DNA of 64,000 nucleotides from Eledone cirrhosa. Its lineage: Eukaryota. Positions 28,745-41,248 of the stretch are shown piece after piece. The position numbers were made by a program, and so were the translations under genes. The notes under the pieces are model-generated. The model made no database searches, was not told the DNA's origin, and was given only the letters and a program-made list of their open reading frames with translations. The number at the start of each line of letters is the position of its first letter. The stretch's first letter is position 1. Location: assembly GCA_964016885.1 (NCBI GenBank), contig OZ024742.1, forward strand, positions 359,042,001 through 359,106,000. Reading direction: 5' to 3'.

Positions 28745-28984
28745 TATGGCTTCGTGGTTAGAGCATTTGGTTTGCAATCGAAAGGTTGTGAGTTCAATTC
28801 TCGGACCAGGTGATGTGTTGTTTCCTTGAGCAAGACACTTTATTTCGCATTGCTCCAGTTTACTCAGCTGTAGAAATGAGATGCTAGGACAGGGGTCCCT
28901 ATCATTAAATCACCCAACACACCTCCAACGAGATATAACTTGGAGGAGGCCAGCTAAACCTGCATAGGTGTGAGCTGTCACACA
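28745..28984 (+). mobile_element. tRNA-derived SINE with 20-bp target-site duplication
   Basis: A-box TGGCTTCGTGG, B-box GAGTTCAATTC. TSD CAAATACCTTACGAAAGATG at 28725-28744 and 28985-29004. Near-identical copy at 44250-44478. Confidence 0.9.
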
Positions 28985-29282
28985 CAAATACCTTACGAAA
29001 GATGCATGGTACAACATCCCCCAAGAGTAGAACACATTCTTATATGCGGCAATCTTCGTCTCGTGGCAGAATATTAGCAACGTCTGTAGAACTGAAGATG
29101 TCGTTAACATTCACTCTCGTGGAACCATATTAAGAAGGTGTTGGTACAAACATATCTAGAATCAAAGACAAATGAAACAGGACTAAGTATGACATGATAC
29201 ACCATCAAAGTAAGACGGCAGAAGATGCTCGGAGATCTTATAAAAGTTAGTTTGAGAATTGTGATAAAGAACCCGAAAAACA

Positions 29283-29818
29283 TTGGTGAGGCCTGGAAAT
29301 CGATGTATGACATGGATTATGACCTTCCTGGTTGGTGGGGCTGGAAATCGATGTATGACATGGATTATGACCCTCCTGGTTGGTGGGGCTGGAAATCGAT
29401 GTATGACATGGATTATGACCCTCCTGGTTGGTGGGGCTGGAAATCGATGTATGACATGGATTATGACCCTCCTGGTTGGTGGGGCTGGAAATCGATGTAT
29501 GACATGGATTATGACCCTCCTGGTTGGTGGGGCTGGAAATCGATGTATGACATGGATTATGACCCTCCTGGTTGGTGGGGCTGGAAATCGATGTATGACA
29601 TGGATTATGACCCTCCTGGTTGGTGGGGCTGGAAATCGATGTATGACATGGATTATGACCCTCCTGGTTGGTGGGGCTGGAAATCGATGTATGACATGGA
29701 TTATGACCCTCCTGGTTGGTGGGGCTGGAAATCGATGTATGACATGGATTATGACCGTCCTGGTTGGTGAGGCCTGGAAACCGATGTATGACATGGATTA
29801 TGACCCTCCTGTTTGGAA
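29283..29818. repeat. 48-bp minisatellite, about 11 units, interior units identical
   Basis: Unit CTGGAAATCGATGTATGACATGGATTATGACCCTCCTGGTTGGTGGGG; first and last units share the variant TGGTGAGGCCTGGAAA. Confidence 0.97.
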
Positions 29819-30371
29819 ATTCTCTGCTTTGCGATGACCCATGGGGAGTACATGAAACTAAGACTAGCACTAAATGTGTTACTTTCATATACATGCAAAT
29901 AACTGTTTTCTGAATGTAACTACTTCATATCTATTTTTCCTTTAAACTCAATATTCATAGAGAAAAAATTCCTTTTAGTAAAAAATATCTTCTTGAATTC
30001 TAGACTAAATTAACATGGTTGGATCTTTTATATTGCTTACAACTAAACTATACAATTACATTTCTATAAATAAATGTGTCGTACCTTTTTTATTTTGTGT
30101 GTTTTATATTTTGTATTTCTGTTAGCAGAATGTTTATAAATGATTGCTAATTTAATTTGCCAAATATTCTTTGTAAAGGAAGGGATAGGAAAGTAAAGAA
30201 GAAAGAGGGGAATATATAGAAATATTTATTTTACCTTTAATTTTCCATTTGTTATTCCATGGTTTCGCAGTTAAGAGAAAGGAAAATGTCGCCAAAAATA
30301 GAATATAAAGAAAAAATGTATGACATGTTTTGTTTGCAGTAAAAACATATTATAAACAAATACATTATACA

Positions 30372-30628
30372 TCTTTTTCTTTTTCTTCTTGTTCTCCTTC
30401 TTGTTCTTTTCTTCTTATTCTTGTTGTTCTTTCCCTGTCCTTCTTCTTTTTCTTTTTCTTTTTCTTTTTCTTCTTCTTCGTCTACTTCTTCTTCGTTGTC
30501 TTCTTCTTTTTCTTCTTCTACTTCGTTGTTTCTTATTATTCTCCTTCGTTGTCTTCTACTTCCTCTTCTTCCTTCTTCTTCCTCTTCTTCCTTCTTCTTC
30601 CTCTTCTTCCTTTTCTTCTTCTTTTTCT

Positions 30629-30660
<32 letters not shown>

Positions 30661-30845
30661 CTTCTTCTTCCTCTTCTTCCTTTTCTTCTTCTTTTTCTTC
30701 TTCTTCTTCTTCTTCTTCTTCTTCTTCTTCTTCTTCTTCTTCTGCTCCTCCTCCTCCTTCTTCTTCTTCTTCTTCTTCTTCTTCTTCTTCTTCTTCTTCT
30801 TCTTCTTCTTCTTCTTCTTCTTCTTCGTCGTCTTCTTCTCTCTTT
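30372..30845. repeat. (CTT)n polypyrimidine microsatellite
   Basis: Direct reading. Confidence 0.95.
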
Positions 30846-31755
30846 CTCGCTATCACACGTATATTATATTTTTTAATCATAGTGGTGTTTGCCAAAGGCA
30901 GATTTAATTAGAGCAAATGTTTTTATATTATCAAAAACTAAGACAAACCAGAAAATAAATGATCTCAAAGAAAATACATGGCGTAAAGTAGTTTATATTT
31001 AATTGGGATGTAGCTAACGAAATAGGCGAGACATTGTGACCCAATTTATCAACATCGAATTGACATTTTTCCCACTAATTTCCATAAATTGTGTTTAGTT
31101 TTGTTCTTCAATTGTTTTCATGTATAACATACATTGTAGTTATATTATTAAGACGATTAACTATTGAGTTTAAACCCCCAGACGGTCCCCACAACCCTCG
31201 TGATATTAATCTGCTTGGCAAGAAATTGTAATATTTTTGCTTTTTTTTTTATAAAATTGTGTTCTTTCTGTAGTTTTTCCTGTATGTTCAGGGAGTTAAT
31301 CAGGGAGATTCTATTTTCCTATCATCACTAGTTTGTTGATCAACGAGATAGTGGAGTTGGTCTTAATCTGCTGTCAATATTTTGCAGATACATATCAGGC
31401 ATTTTAAGATGTAAATGCCTCTATTACTATCACAATTATTTAGACGACATTTTAGTGACGTTTCACAGAATTTTGAGGTGAAGGATATAAGGAGGTGAGA
31501 AAAGCAGTGCTGGGATTTGATGTTACTCTCTTCTAACATTTAGTTTTTTATATACTGAAGTTTGGAAAAAATATTTAGATTTGACATATTATATATATAT
31601 AATGAAGGAAGTGTGGTAAGGAACCACGTGGACCATAACGCACCAGAGTACTCAATAATTTTGGGTAGTAGATAGGGTAATAGAAAAATGTTCAAGAAGT
31701 CCAGAAATAGCCGTCGAAACGACTTGAGCTCTGCCGTCGGGGTCTTGAACAATTT

Positions 31756-31838
<83 letters not shown>

Positions 31839-31996
31839 ATATTATATATTATATATATATTATATATAGTAAGGTGCATTATTGGTTGTGTAAAATGGTC
31901 CAATAACTTTATGTTAGCAATATTAAGTTCTCCACGCTTTGTATATCTCCAATTCCATTCAAGGGAACAGCTAGATGATGTAAAACGGAGTATAAG

Positions 31997-32324
31997 TATC
32001 AAAATGAAAATCCGAAGGCATGGTAAAATTCCAATCATTTAATCACGACAGATGTTTCAATAAGAGATAGATCGATTGTGAAGCCATGATCGATTATCAC
32101 TGATCTCATCAGGTGAAAATGAATTGTCTTCAAATTCTTGACATTCTGTGAGAGAACATCGTCATTTTTCTCCCTCATGTCAAGAATTTGAAGACAATTC
32201 ATTTTCACCTGATGAGATCAGTGATACTCGATCATGACTTCACAATCGATCTATCTCTTATTGAAACATGTGTCGTGATTAAATGATTGGAATTTTACCA
32301 TGCCTTCGGATTTTCATTTTGATA
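31997..32324. mobile_element. Fold-back (arms ~31997-32146 and 32178-32324) with an HHR in each arm
   Basis: Near-perfect inverted arms ending in (TA)n. Confidence 0.9.
32205..32278 (+). ncRNA. Type I hammerhead (mirror copy 32043-32116, minus)
   Basis: TCAC-CTGATGA-[47 nt]-GAAAC-ATGT-GTC-GTGA. Stem I TCAC/GTGA, GUC site, short ACATGT palindrome in stem III. Confidence 0.75.
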
Positions 32325-32479
32325 TATTATATATATATATATATGGCGAAGGAAGTGTGGTAAGAAACCAGGTGAACCATAACGCATCAGAGTACTCGAT
32401 ATTTTGGGTAGAACTCGGAGTTCAGACCTAGCTGTCGAAACGGTCGGACCTCAGCCGTCGGGGTCATGATCCTTTTTCC

Positions 32480-32534
<55 letters not shown>

Positions 32535-32535
<1 letters not shown>

Positions 32536-33020
32536 TTGGCAATATACCGTATTTTTAATTAAAAACATTTTGAAGACCATACGCTATCAGTTTTAAAGTA
32601 GTGACTATGTTATTTACTTCTTTTCGGCGAAAGAAGGGAGAGAAGCTGACAGTCTGTTTCACGCTGTTTGGCGTTCATCAGAGCCACGTATCCACACTAC
32701 TTCCAGCGAAAATTATAGTAGCTGGATCCTTATAGAATTCCAGTAATAATCAGGAGCTGATTATACAGAGCGATTGCCGGTCCAGCAACATTTAGGTATG
32801 AGGATCGGTGCTCTGAAATAGCGATGTATACATGATGAACGCCAACCAGCGTGAAACAGACTGTCAGCTTCTTTCGTCGAAAAGAAGCAAGTGACATAGA
32901 CACTATTTTTAAACTGATAACGTATGGTCTTCAAATTGGTTTTAATTAAACATACGGCATATTGCCAAATATACTATGCGTACATTCATGCATACATCGC
33001 TATTTCAGAGCACCAATCCT
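32535..33020. mobile_element. Fold-back (arms 32535-32680 and 32833-32969) with a second internal inversion (32801-32832 vs ~32988-33020)
   Basis: Inverted arms read directly; flanked by (TG)n and (TA)n. Confidence 0.85.
32644..32685 (-). ncRNA. Minimal type I hammerhead
   Basis: Minus strand: GGCT-CTGATGA-ACGC caaaca GCGT-GAAAC-AGACT-GTC-AGCT. Perfect stem II; stem III ACAG-a-CTGT (dimer type). Confidence 0.9.
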
Positions 33021-33025
33021 AATAT

Positions 33026-33135
<110 letters not shown>

Positions 33136-33823
33136 GGACATACAACGATCGGTAATTAGACATTCATTAATATGTTATATATATAATTGATCCTAGTGAT
33201 TTCTTTATAAGGATATTGTAAATACTATCCATAGAGAATGAAACACGTCTAGATCTAATAAATAATTTATTTACTGTTGAACTTGGTGACCTATATAAAT
33301 ATGTGTGTGTGTGCATAATGAGTATGTACGAGGTTTCAAAGTAGAATAGACCAGCTCAAGGTATGATCCGTATCGAGTGCTCAAGTTGGTCAAACAATAG
33401 TGATGTAAATTTACAAATCATTAATATATATATATATATATTTACATCACTATTGTTTCACCAGCTTGAGCACTCGATACAGATCATACCTTGAGCTGAT
33501 CTATTATATATATATATATATATATATATATCGAGGTTAATTCCTTATAATTATCTCCAAATTATTTTGTTGAGAAACAATTTGCCAAAACTGCTACTAT
33601 AGTTCATATTAATAGCTTGGCTACTGTCTTTTTAACACCCCCACTCCTCACTGATTAACCTCGATGTCACGTGATTGATTTTTTGAATTTGCCACCGACC
33701 AAGTAGGCAGTGATTTTTTCAATGTCTTGGAATTTAGTCCACGCTTGCTATTTTCCATCCACTGAATTATTTTTGTATAAGTTCCCTGTCTCCACGCATC
33801 GCCTGGGATCTTAGCTGAGAACG

Positions 33824-33906
33824 ACTTCCTGATGACGAAATGGCTTCTCCGTGCTTTCCATTTGGAAACCATGTTTATTCCCTTTCAGAAACTAATTAGT
33901 TGGAGT
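33824..33906 (+). ncRNA. Type I hammerhead in a (TA)n-bounded PLE-like remnant (33531-34045)
   Basis: ACTTC-CTGATGA-cGAAA...TTTCa-GAAAC-TAATTA-GTT-GGAGT. Downstream ~120 nt is homologous to the reverse of ~25030-25150. Confidence 0.85.
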
Positions 33907-34077
33907 GAAATTTTAGTAAGTAAGTTAATTTTTATAATTTTCTTATTTTACGTCTTTCATATAATTGTTCTGCACCCCCTTGCATTGAACCACAAAGCTA
34001 CTAAGACAAAACCTATATATTTGCTAGCATAGGTATGCATCTGTATATATATATATATATTGGTAGATATACTAATT

Positions 34078-34147
<70 letters not shown>

Positions 34148-34716
34148 ATACTTTGTTGTAATAATATTGCCAGAAGTAATGTCACAACGCACTCACTGTT
34201 TGGTTGGTTTTCGCTTCTGCATCTTTTATCATTGAGTTTATCATTGATTGACCAAGGTTAAATCAATGATAAACGTTGATTGCCAAATAAATTAACAATG
34301 AATATATATAAAATACAGAAGCGAAAACCAACCAAATAGTGAGTGTGTTCTGTTATTATTTCTGACAATATTATTTCAAATCCCGCCGAGGTTAACTTTG
34401 CCTTTCATCCTTAAGGGGTCGATAAAATAAAGTACCAGTAATACACTGGGATAATTGCTGGACTTGTTCTAAAAGTAGAAACAATTATTACAACAATATG
34501 ACCCTCCCCATGTATAACAATATTTGTTTCGACACACGATTTCATATCAAAAACTTTGCAAAGCAAATTATATATATATATATATATTCATTAGTTAAGC
34601 AAAAACAAGACCACAATTTTCACAAGGAAGACATTATTAACAGATTGGCAACACATTTTAGTTTGATGTAAGGAATGTAGAGAATAATAATAATGATATT
34701 AATAATAATAATGTCC

Positions 34717-34835
34717 GTTTACAATTGTTTCGCTACTCCATATAATATTTCTGGATCAAATGACAATATATAATTATTGATCTGGTTCAGTTGAAAATAA
34801 TTAACACATTTAAAAACAGAGCGGCTCATCGGAAC
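34717..34835 (-). ncRNA. Hammerhead-like motif with long stem II and CCGAUGA core
   Basis: Minus strand: GTT-CCGATGA-GCCGCTC...GAGTAGC-GAAAC-AATT-GTA-AAC; palindromic ACAATTGT. Confidence 0.6.
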
Positions 34836-34987
34836 TTCAAAGGAATATAAATGCTAGTTGCTTTCCACTGCATATTACACATTGAGCACTTGCTTTTACG
34901 CTTTGGCTTCTAACTAATTCACCAATCTCTCCTCTCCTATCTCCTCTCCTATCTCCATCTCTCTCTTTAAGATTGGTTACTCTGGAA

Positions 34988-35055
<68 letters not shown>

Positions 35056-35444
35056 AAATAGGATTTAGCTTCAGGCATAGCTGTATAAAAATATGTATAG
35101 ACATTTCGTATTTCTAAAGAAACACGGTTTTAGAAAGCCGCAGATATGCAAACATCGGGCTTAACGCACTCTGGTGGTGTCCAGGAGAAGCTAGGCCGAC
35201 AACCGTCCATGCATTTCAGACTTGACTGGTCTTCATGAGGACGGTCTCTCCCACCTCTTGTAACTGCTGGATTTGAGAACAGTCGTGAACATATAGTTTT
35301 CTCGTCTGTGTAAATCAGGTGATTAATCTCATTTGTATATGAAGCTGCATAAGTTGGCTCAAATTATAATAGAATAGAAATAGGATTTAGTTTCAGCCAT
35401 AGCTGTATACAAATATTTTTCTTTCGTGTATGAACATAAATATG

Positions 35445-35539
<95 letters not shown>

Positions 35540-35552
35540 TAGATAGAGAGAG

Positions 35553-35895
35553 AGGATGGCTCTGAACATTAATCAGTATACACTGAGGATGAAAAACTCA
35601 GAGCTGTATGGGAGCATCCCAAAAGTCAGCTCAAAAGTGACACAGAGGAGACTGAGGTTGGCTGGACATGCTCACCGACATCCAGAGTTGACATTGCACT
35701 CAGTGCTCATTTGGGAGCCCCTACATGGACACACTAGAAGAGGAAGACCAAGGTTAACATATGTTGATGCCCTAAGGACAGACACTGGTCTGTTGGAGAT
35801 GCAGGATATGGCAGCGATAATGAGGGACAGAGACCGCTGGAGAGAACTCGTCCATGGATCTCGGGATTTTACCCGCCTTAGATAGATAGATAGAT
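35553..35895 (+). mobile_element. 5'-truncated RTE-like LINE 3' fragment
   Basis: RRLRLAGHAHRH...WEPLHGHTRRGRPRLTYVD...DRDRWR is the post-RT C-terminal signature (compare QRLRWSGHLARM in the intact RTE); (GATA)n tail. Confidence 0.85.
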
Positions 35896-36003
35896 ATATA
35901 AATATGTAATATATATATATTACATATTTGTGTTCATACACGAAAGAAAAAAGCGCTACGTAAGCTTTCAAGGTTCAGTTATGACATATATATATATATG
36001 TGT

Positions 36004-36152
<149 letters not shown>

Positions 36153-36254
36153 GTGTTTGCACGTGTTTGTGATCGAATGCTGTTGACACCTATCTTTATG
36201 TGACTGGACTCTGGTGTTGTTGTTCACTGTCGTGTTAGCGCTAATTGATTAACA

Positions 36255-36725
36255 ATGGTTTGTATTTTAGACATAAGGCCTAAATTTTTGGTGGAGGGGA
36301 AATTCAATTAAATCGACCCCATTGCATGACTGTTACTTTATTTTATCGACCCCGCAAGGTTGAAAGGCAAATCTAACCTCGAAGGGATTTGAACACAGAA
36401 CGTAAAAGGGTATAACTCTATACGGCGAAGCAGGGTGTCCGACAATAATTGAATAATAATTGTTTCTACTTTTAGCACAAGACGAGCAACTACCCCAGTG
36501 CATTGCTGGTACTTTATTTTATCGATCCCGTAACGATGAAAGGCAAAGTTAACCTCCGCGTAACTCTATGCTGTAAAGCATGGCGTCTGACCCTCTGCCG
36601 ATACTGCCAATCATCACAATTGAGTAATAATTGTTTCTACTTTTGGCACAAGGCCAGCAATTATCCAGTTCATTACTGGTACTTTATTTTATCGACCCGG
36701 TAAGGATGAAAGGCAAAGTTAACCT
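36255..36725 (-). mobile_element. Three tandem, partly deleted Nin-type SINE copies
   Basis: Three repeats of TACTTTATTTTATCGAYCC...GAAAGGCAAA. Confidence 0.8.
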
Positions 36726-36929
36726 GTCTATGGCGTCTTTCTGTTTCTTTTATTTATTTAAGATTCTGGTTAGTGGTGATTTCAAGGAAGGAGTTGTTAT
36801 TTCAACCAACTCCTCCTAGCACAGACATATTTTCCCGTTATATAAAGATATTGTTAACACTGTCTATATCTATAAAGATATTAATACAGCTCAGTTCTTG
36901 TTAAGCACTCATAAGATAGAATTAAGATA

Positions 36930-37045
36930 CACTACTTATTGCCATGAGTGTGGAAAGATTTGCTTGAGCAAATCTGGTCTCAGGAGCCACAGTCGCAGCC
37001 ATATTCAGAGACAATCAGTGAACTATGATCTCCACGGTATTGTGA
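36930..37045 (+). mobile_element. RTE-like C-terminal C2H2 finger remnant
   Basis: CHECGKICLSKSGLRSHSRSH parallels CSVCARLCLSKAGLESHLRSH of the intact RTE; the following VNY parallels VDY. Confidence 0.6.
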
Positions 37046-37212
37046 AGTTTCACAGGCAACCTGGCGCAAGACCTGAGGCCAAGTATATGCATAGTTATCG
37101 TCAATGTGCGACGGGTGCAAGTCTCTAGCAGGCTTGTAAAGCCATATCCGAGCGTCAGACGTCTGAATCTTATAAGCTATTACAATACTCTTAGGGTGAG
37201 CTTACAACCATC

Positions 37213-37288
<76 letters not shown>

Positions 37289-37567
37289 TAAATCATGTCT
37301 TTAGAATTATTAGATAAAATATATACCATTTCCTCTCCCAATCAGCATAATTAACTATATAAAAAATCAATTAGACCAAGCTATAAGAATAAAGGCTCTT
37401 ATGAAGAAATCTCCGACAAATAACCGAAAGTGGCCTCTTCGCGGTGGCCCCAATAGAGTATTTATCCAACATTTCGACAGCATGTAGAAACTGACTAAAT
37501 ATACCATCAACCATACACAATTAGGTGTAAATTCAAACTTAGAAGAAATGTGTACATACCGTAAGTA

Positions 37568-37647
37568 TATCTATACCATGGTTTCATCCGTATCTTTAGA
37601 CATCCAATTAATAGGAAATGCCCAGAGTTCGGATTCATCAGGAGACA
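37568..37647 (-). ncRNA. Type I hammerhead with long stem II
   Basis: Minus strand: TGTCTC-CTGATGA-ATCCG..GGGCAT...ATGTCT..CGGAT-GAAAC-CATG-GTA-TAGATA. Palindrome ACCATGGT; one mismatch at the base of stem I. Confidence 0.75.
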
Positions 37648-37961
37648 AACTCAAAATTAGACACTTAGTTTTCCAAAGTGATCGCGCCAAAATTAGATTA
37701 AAAAATGGCTAAGAACCGCAATTTGGCAGTGGTCAAGTTAGAAAGAATGTAATTGGTTACTTACGGCAGGTAGGCTTGTTGCTAGAAAGCGCAGCCAAAT
37801 ATTGCCAAATTTTATCTCAACCTAACGGGAGATTATTAAATGTAAAGGTTTACATATACATAAAGTTATAGATATATATGTTGTAACCGGTCACTTTGTG
37901 GCTCTATGAAGAATTAATAAATTAAATAATCAGAGCAATATATCATAAATCATGTCTTTAG

Positions 37962-38128
<167 letters not shown>

Positions 38129-39631
38129 GTGTGTGTGTGTGCATATGATTTTATAGATTACACGCACGTACACACACAGATATATCATATATATGTGTGT
38201 GTGTGTAAGTGTGTATACGTCAGTGTATATGATGTTACATTAATGTGAGTCGTCTTGCTGTTATTTATTTTAATATCCTGCATTTTTTTTGTGTTTATAT
38301 TTCCCATTATTTGACGAAAGTTATTTGAGATATCTTTACATTGAATGCACGTTTTCATATATAAAACCAACGTAACTCCGGTTGTCAATGTCACTGTCTA
38401 CTGTGATTTTGTGTATAGTTTAGAATGCAGAGAATTCTATGCTCAGGTAGTAATAATATTTCCTGAATTATTGCTAGATGAATGAGATTTGTGTTTTTAT
38501 ATTTTGCTATTTCCATAAAGACTTCTTTTTGGTAATGCCGCTAAACTTTTACTGCAAAATTCGTGTTATGTTTAAAAGAGTGATTATTTTGTAAAGCTCT
38601 TCGCTTGGAATGTATTTTATGTGGATATGTGACGCCGGTATAGGATATCATAACAGTACACTTTGTTTTGTTGCTGTTAATGTTACTGAAACCGTTGGTA
38701 TTTTTGTGGGTTATTTGAAATTCAGTACTTTTGGTAGTATTTGTGTAAATATGTTGTAAACTCTTTTAAACACACTCAGAGAAATATTTCCGTGCTTTTA
38801 GTATTCATAGATCAACTGAAATCCCAACCATTACTCTTCTGGTAATATTCTATTTAGTATTAAAATATATTAGGCGCCGAATTAGTTGAGTTATGAGAAT
38901 GCTGGATAGGTGTTTTGCCCTAACCACTCTGGCTCTCTGCACACTGAGTTCAAATCCAACTGTGGTCAATATTGTGATTCATCCTGTCTTTCTAGATCAA
39001 GAAAATGCCAGTTAAGTACTTGGGCCGACACTTTCTCTACATCGCTTCCTCACTTCCTCCTCTCTTCCCCGTCATTCTCTGGAAGGAATGGGCTCCACAT
39101 ATGCTGTATATCACTAAGGTGTCCTTAAGATACCAACAAAAGTCAAATGTCCGTACATACATATTCAAGCATTCCTCAAATGGAAGGTCAATATTTGCTG
39201 AAGATTTGTCCAGATCCATTGACTACATACAAGTTTAGAGATAAATCTACGTTTATGACTTCATTAAGAAAGAAAAACAATATGACTATATGTATGCTAC
39301 TAACAATGAAACAGACAACAACGGCGGGCAGGTATGACAAACATCAAGGTATTCCATCTTACTAAACTTACAAAGTAGACCATTTTACTAAGCGGTGTTC
39401 TGAAAATGCTGACATAAAACTTTATTTTAATAACAGAAAATATTTCATCGAATATAGAACGTGGAAAATACCTACACGATAGAAAAGATTGTCTCACGGT
39501 TATCTATCTCAGGTGTGTTCCGATGTAAAAACATATTGTAGAATAAAATAGAAATAACCCTAGAATTAAAAACATTATTTCACTTATCAAGTCACGGGTG
39601 TAAAAATATACTCTTCGCGTTCCTAGGGCAT

Positions 39632-40370
39632 AAATATAGATTCACCTGCCCTAATATAGACTCATCTGCTCTAATATAGACTCATCTGCCCTAATATAGA
39701 CTCATCTTCCCTAATATAGATTCACCTGCCCTAATATGGGCTCATTTGCTCTAATATAGACTCATCTGCCCTAATATAGACTCATCTGCCCTGATATAGA
39801 CTCACCTGCCCTAATATGGACTCATCTGCCCTAATATAGACTCATCTGCACTGATATAGACTCACCTGCCCTAATATAGACTCATCTGCCCTAATATAGA
39901 CTAATCTTCCCTAATATAGACTCATCTGCCCTAATATAGACTCATCTTCCCTAATATAGACTCATCTTCCCTAATATAGACTCACCTGCCCTAATATAGA
40001 CTCATCTGCTCTAATATAGACTCATCTGCCCTAATATAGACTCATCTGCCCTAATATAGACTCATCTTCCCTAATATAGGCTCACCTGCCCTAATATAGA
40101 CTCATCTTCTCTAATATAGACTCATCTGCCCTAATATAGACTCATCTGCCCTAATATAGACTCATCTGCCCTCATATAGACTCACCTGTCCTAATGTAGG
40201 CTAATCCTCCCTAATATAGACTCATCTGCCCTAATATAGACTCATCTGCCCTAATATAGAATCACCTGCCCTAATATAGACTCACCTGCCGTAATATAAA
40301 GTCATCTGCCCTAATATAGACTCATCTGACCTAATATAGACTCACCTGCCCTAATATAGACTCATCTGCA
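39632..40370. repeat. 20-bp minisatellite (CTAATATAGACTCATCTGCC), about 37 units
   Basis: Strict 20-nt register visible, three units per 60-nt line. Confidence 0.97.
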
Positions 40371-40499
40371 CCGCTATATTCACGGATGAAATGACATTTG
40401 CTGCTGTGAAAGAAAATATTATAGGCTATGCAATACACTTAGAAGTCTTTTAGATCAAGTGATATCAGTGACTGAAGCTTTTTTAAGTAAAGAAATTCC

Positions 40500-41206
40500 T
40501 TATACTGGAACAATCCCACACTCTGTAAAACGGTGACGGGTATCCAGTAAGAAGAACAGGTCAATATCATTGGCTGCCATGGAGTCACAGGTTTTACGTC
40601 AGAGTTTTCTTGCTAGAATGATGTCCTAACGATAACTATGGCTCTCTCATTTCCGGTGGGCTAACCGCGTGTTCCGGCATCAAACTGATTATTTCCATAT
40701 CCCCGCGCATACATACATACATGGTGGCTGCCAACTCGTTTTCGAGTACGGCCACTACTTTATATCCATGTAGGAAAACCCCTACCGATGCGCTGAACAA
40801 GTGTGACTTTTTAATCCAGCCAGCGACTTGAAAACTCTGGTACAAATACTACACTTGTGACAATTATTGACACATAGTGCTGGGCCCATGGTACTATGTG
40901 ACGACAAGTGCAGAGAGATCTCCAGATATAAAGCAATGCCTGTGCTGTGAAGCTTTTATAGTGAGCAAAGGCACTGCACAAAGCCAGTCCCACTCTCTTA
41001 ATCAAGATGATATTTACCAAAACAAAGAACAAGTCAACCTCATTGGATATCAACAGGGTTGCAGGTGTTATATCAGAGTTTTCCTGCAGGACTAAAAACA
41101 AAACCTGTCAAAGGGTAAAGGAGCTCTTAAGAGTCAATGGCCATCCAAAATCACCTACATACATACATACATACATACATACATACATACATACATACAT
41201 ACATAC

Positions 41207-41248
<42 letters not shown>

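Noticed and set aside
28745-28810. tRNA genes
   Set aside because: A/B boxes belong to SINE heads followed by SINE bodies and TSDs; no complete cloverleaf.
29180-29260. CR1/L2 C-terminal remnant (RRQKMLGDLIKV resembling RRLRGDLIEV)
   Set aside because: A single short resemblance with no further motifs.
29283-29818. CRISPR-like array
   Set aside because: Units are contiguous and identical with no unique spacers, there are no cas genes, and the context is eukaryotic.
33648-33872. 74-aa minus-strand ORF as a host exon
   Set aside because: No recognisable domain; it overlaps the antisense of an HHR-bearing, (TA)n-bounded repeat.
39632-40370. Coding repeat or CRISPR
   Set aside because: 20-bp unit without spacers, with stops in the frames; an ordinary minisatellite.
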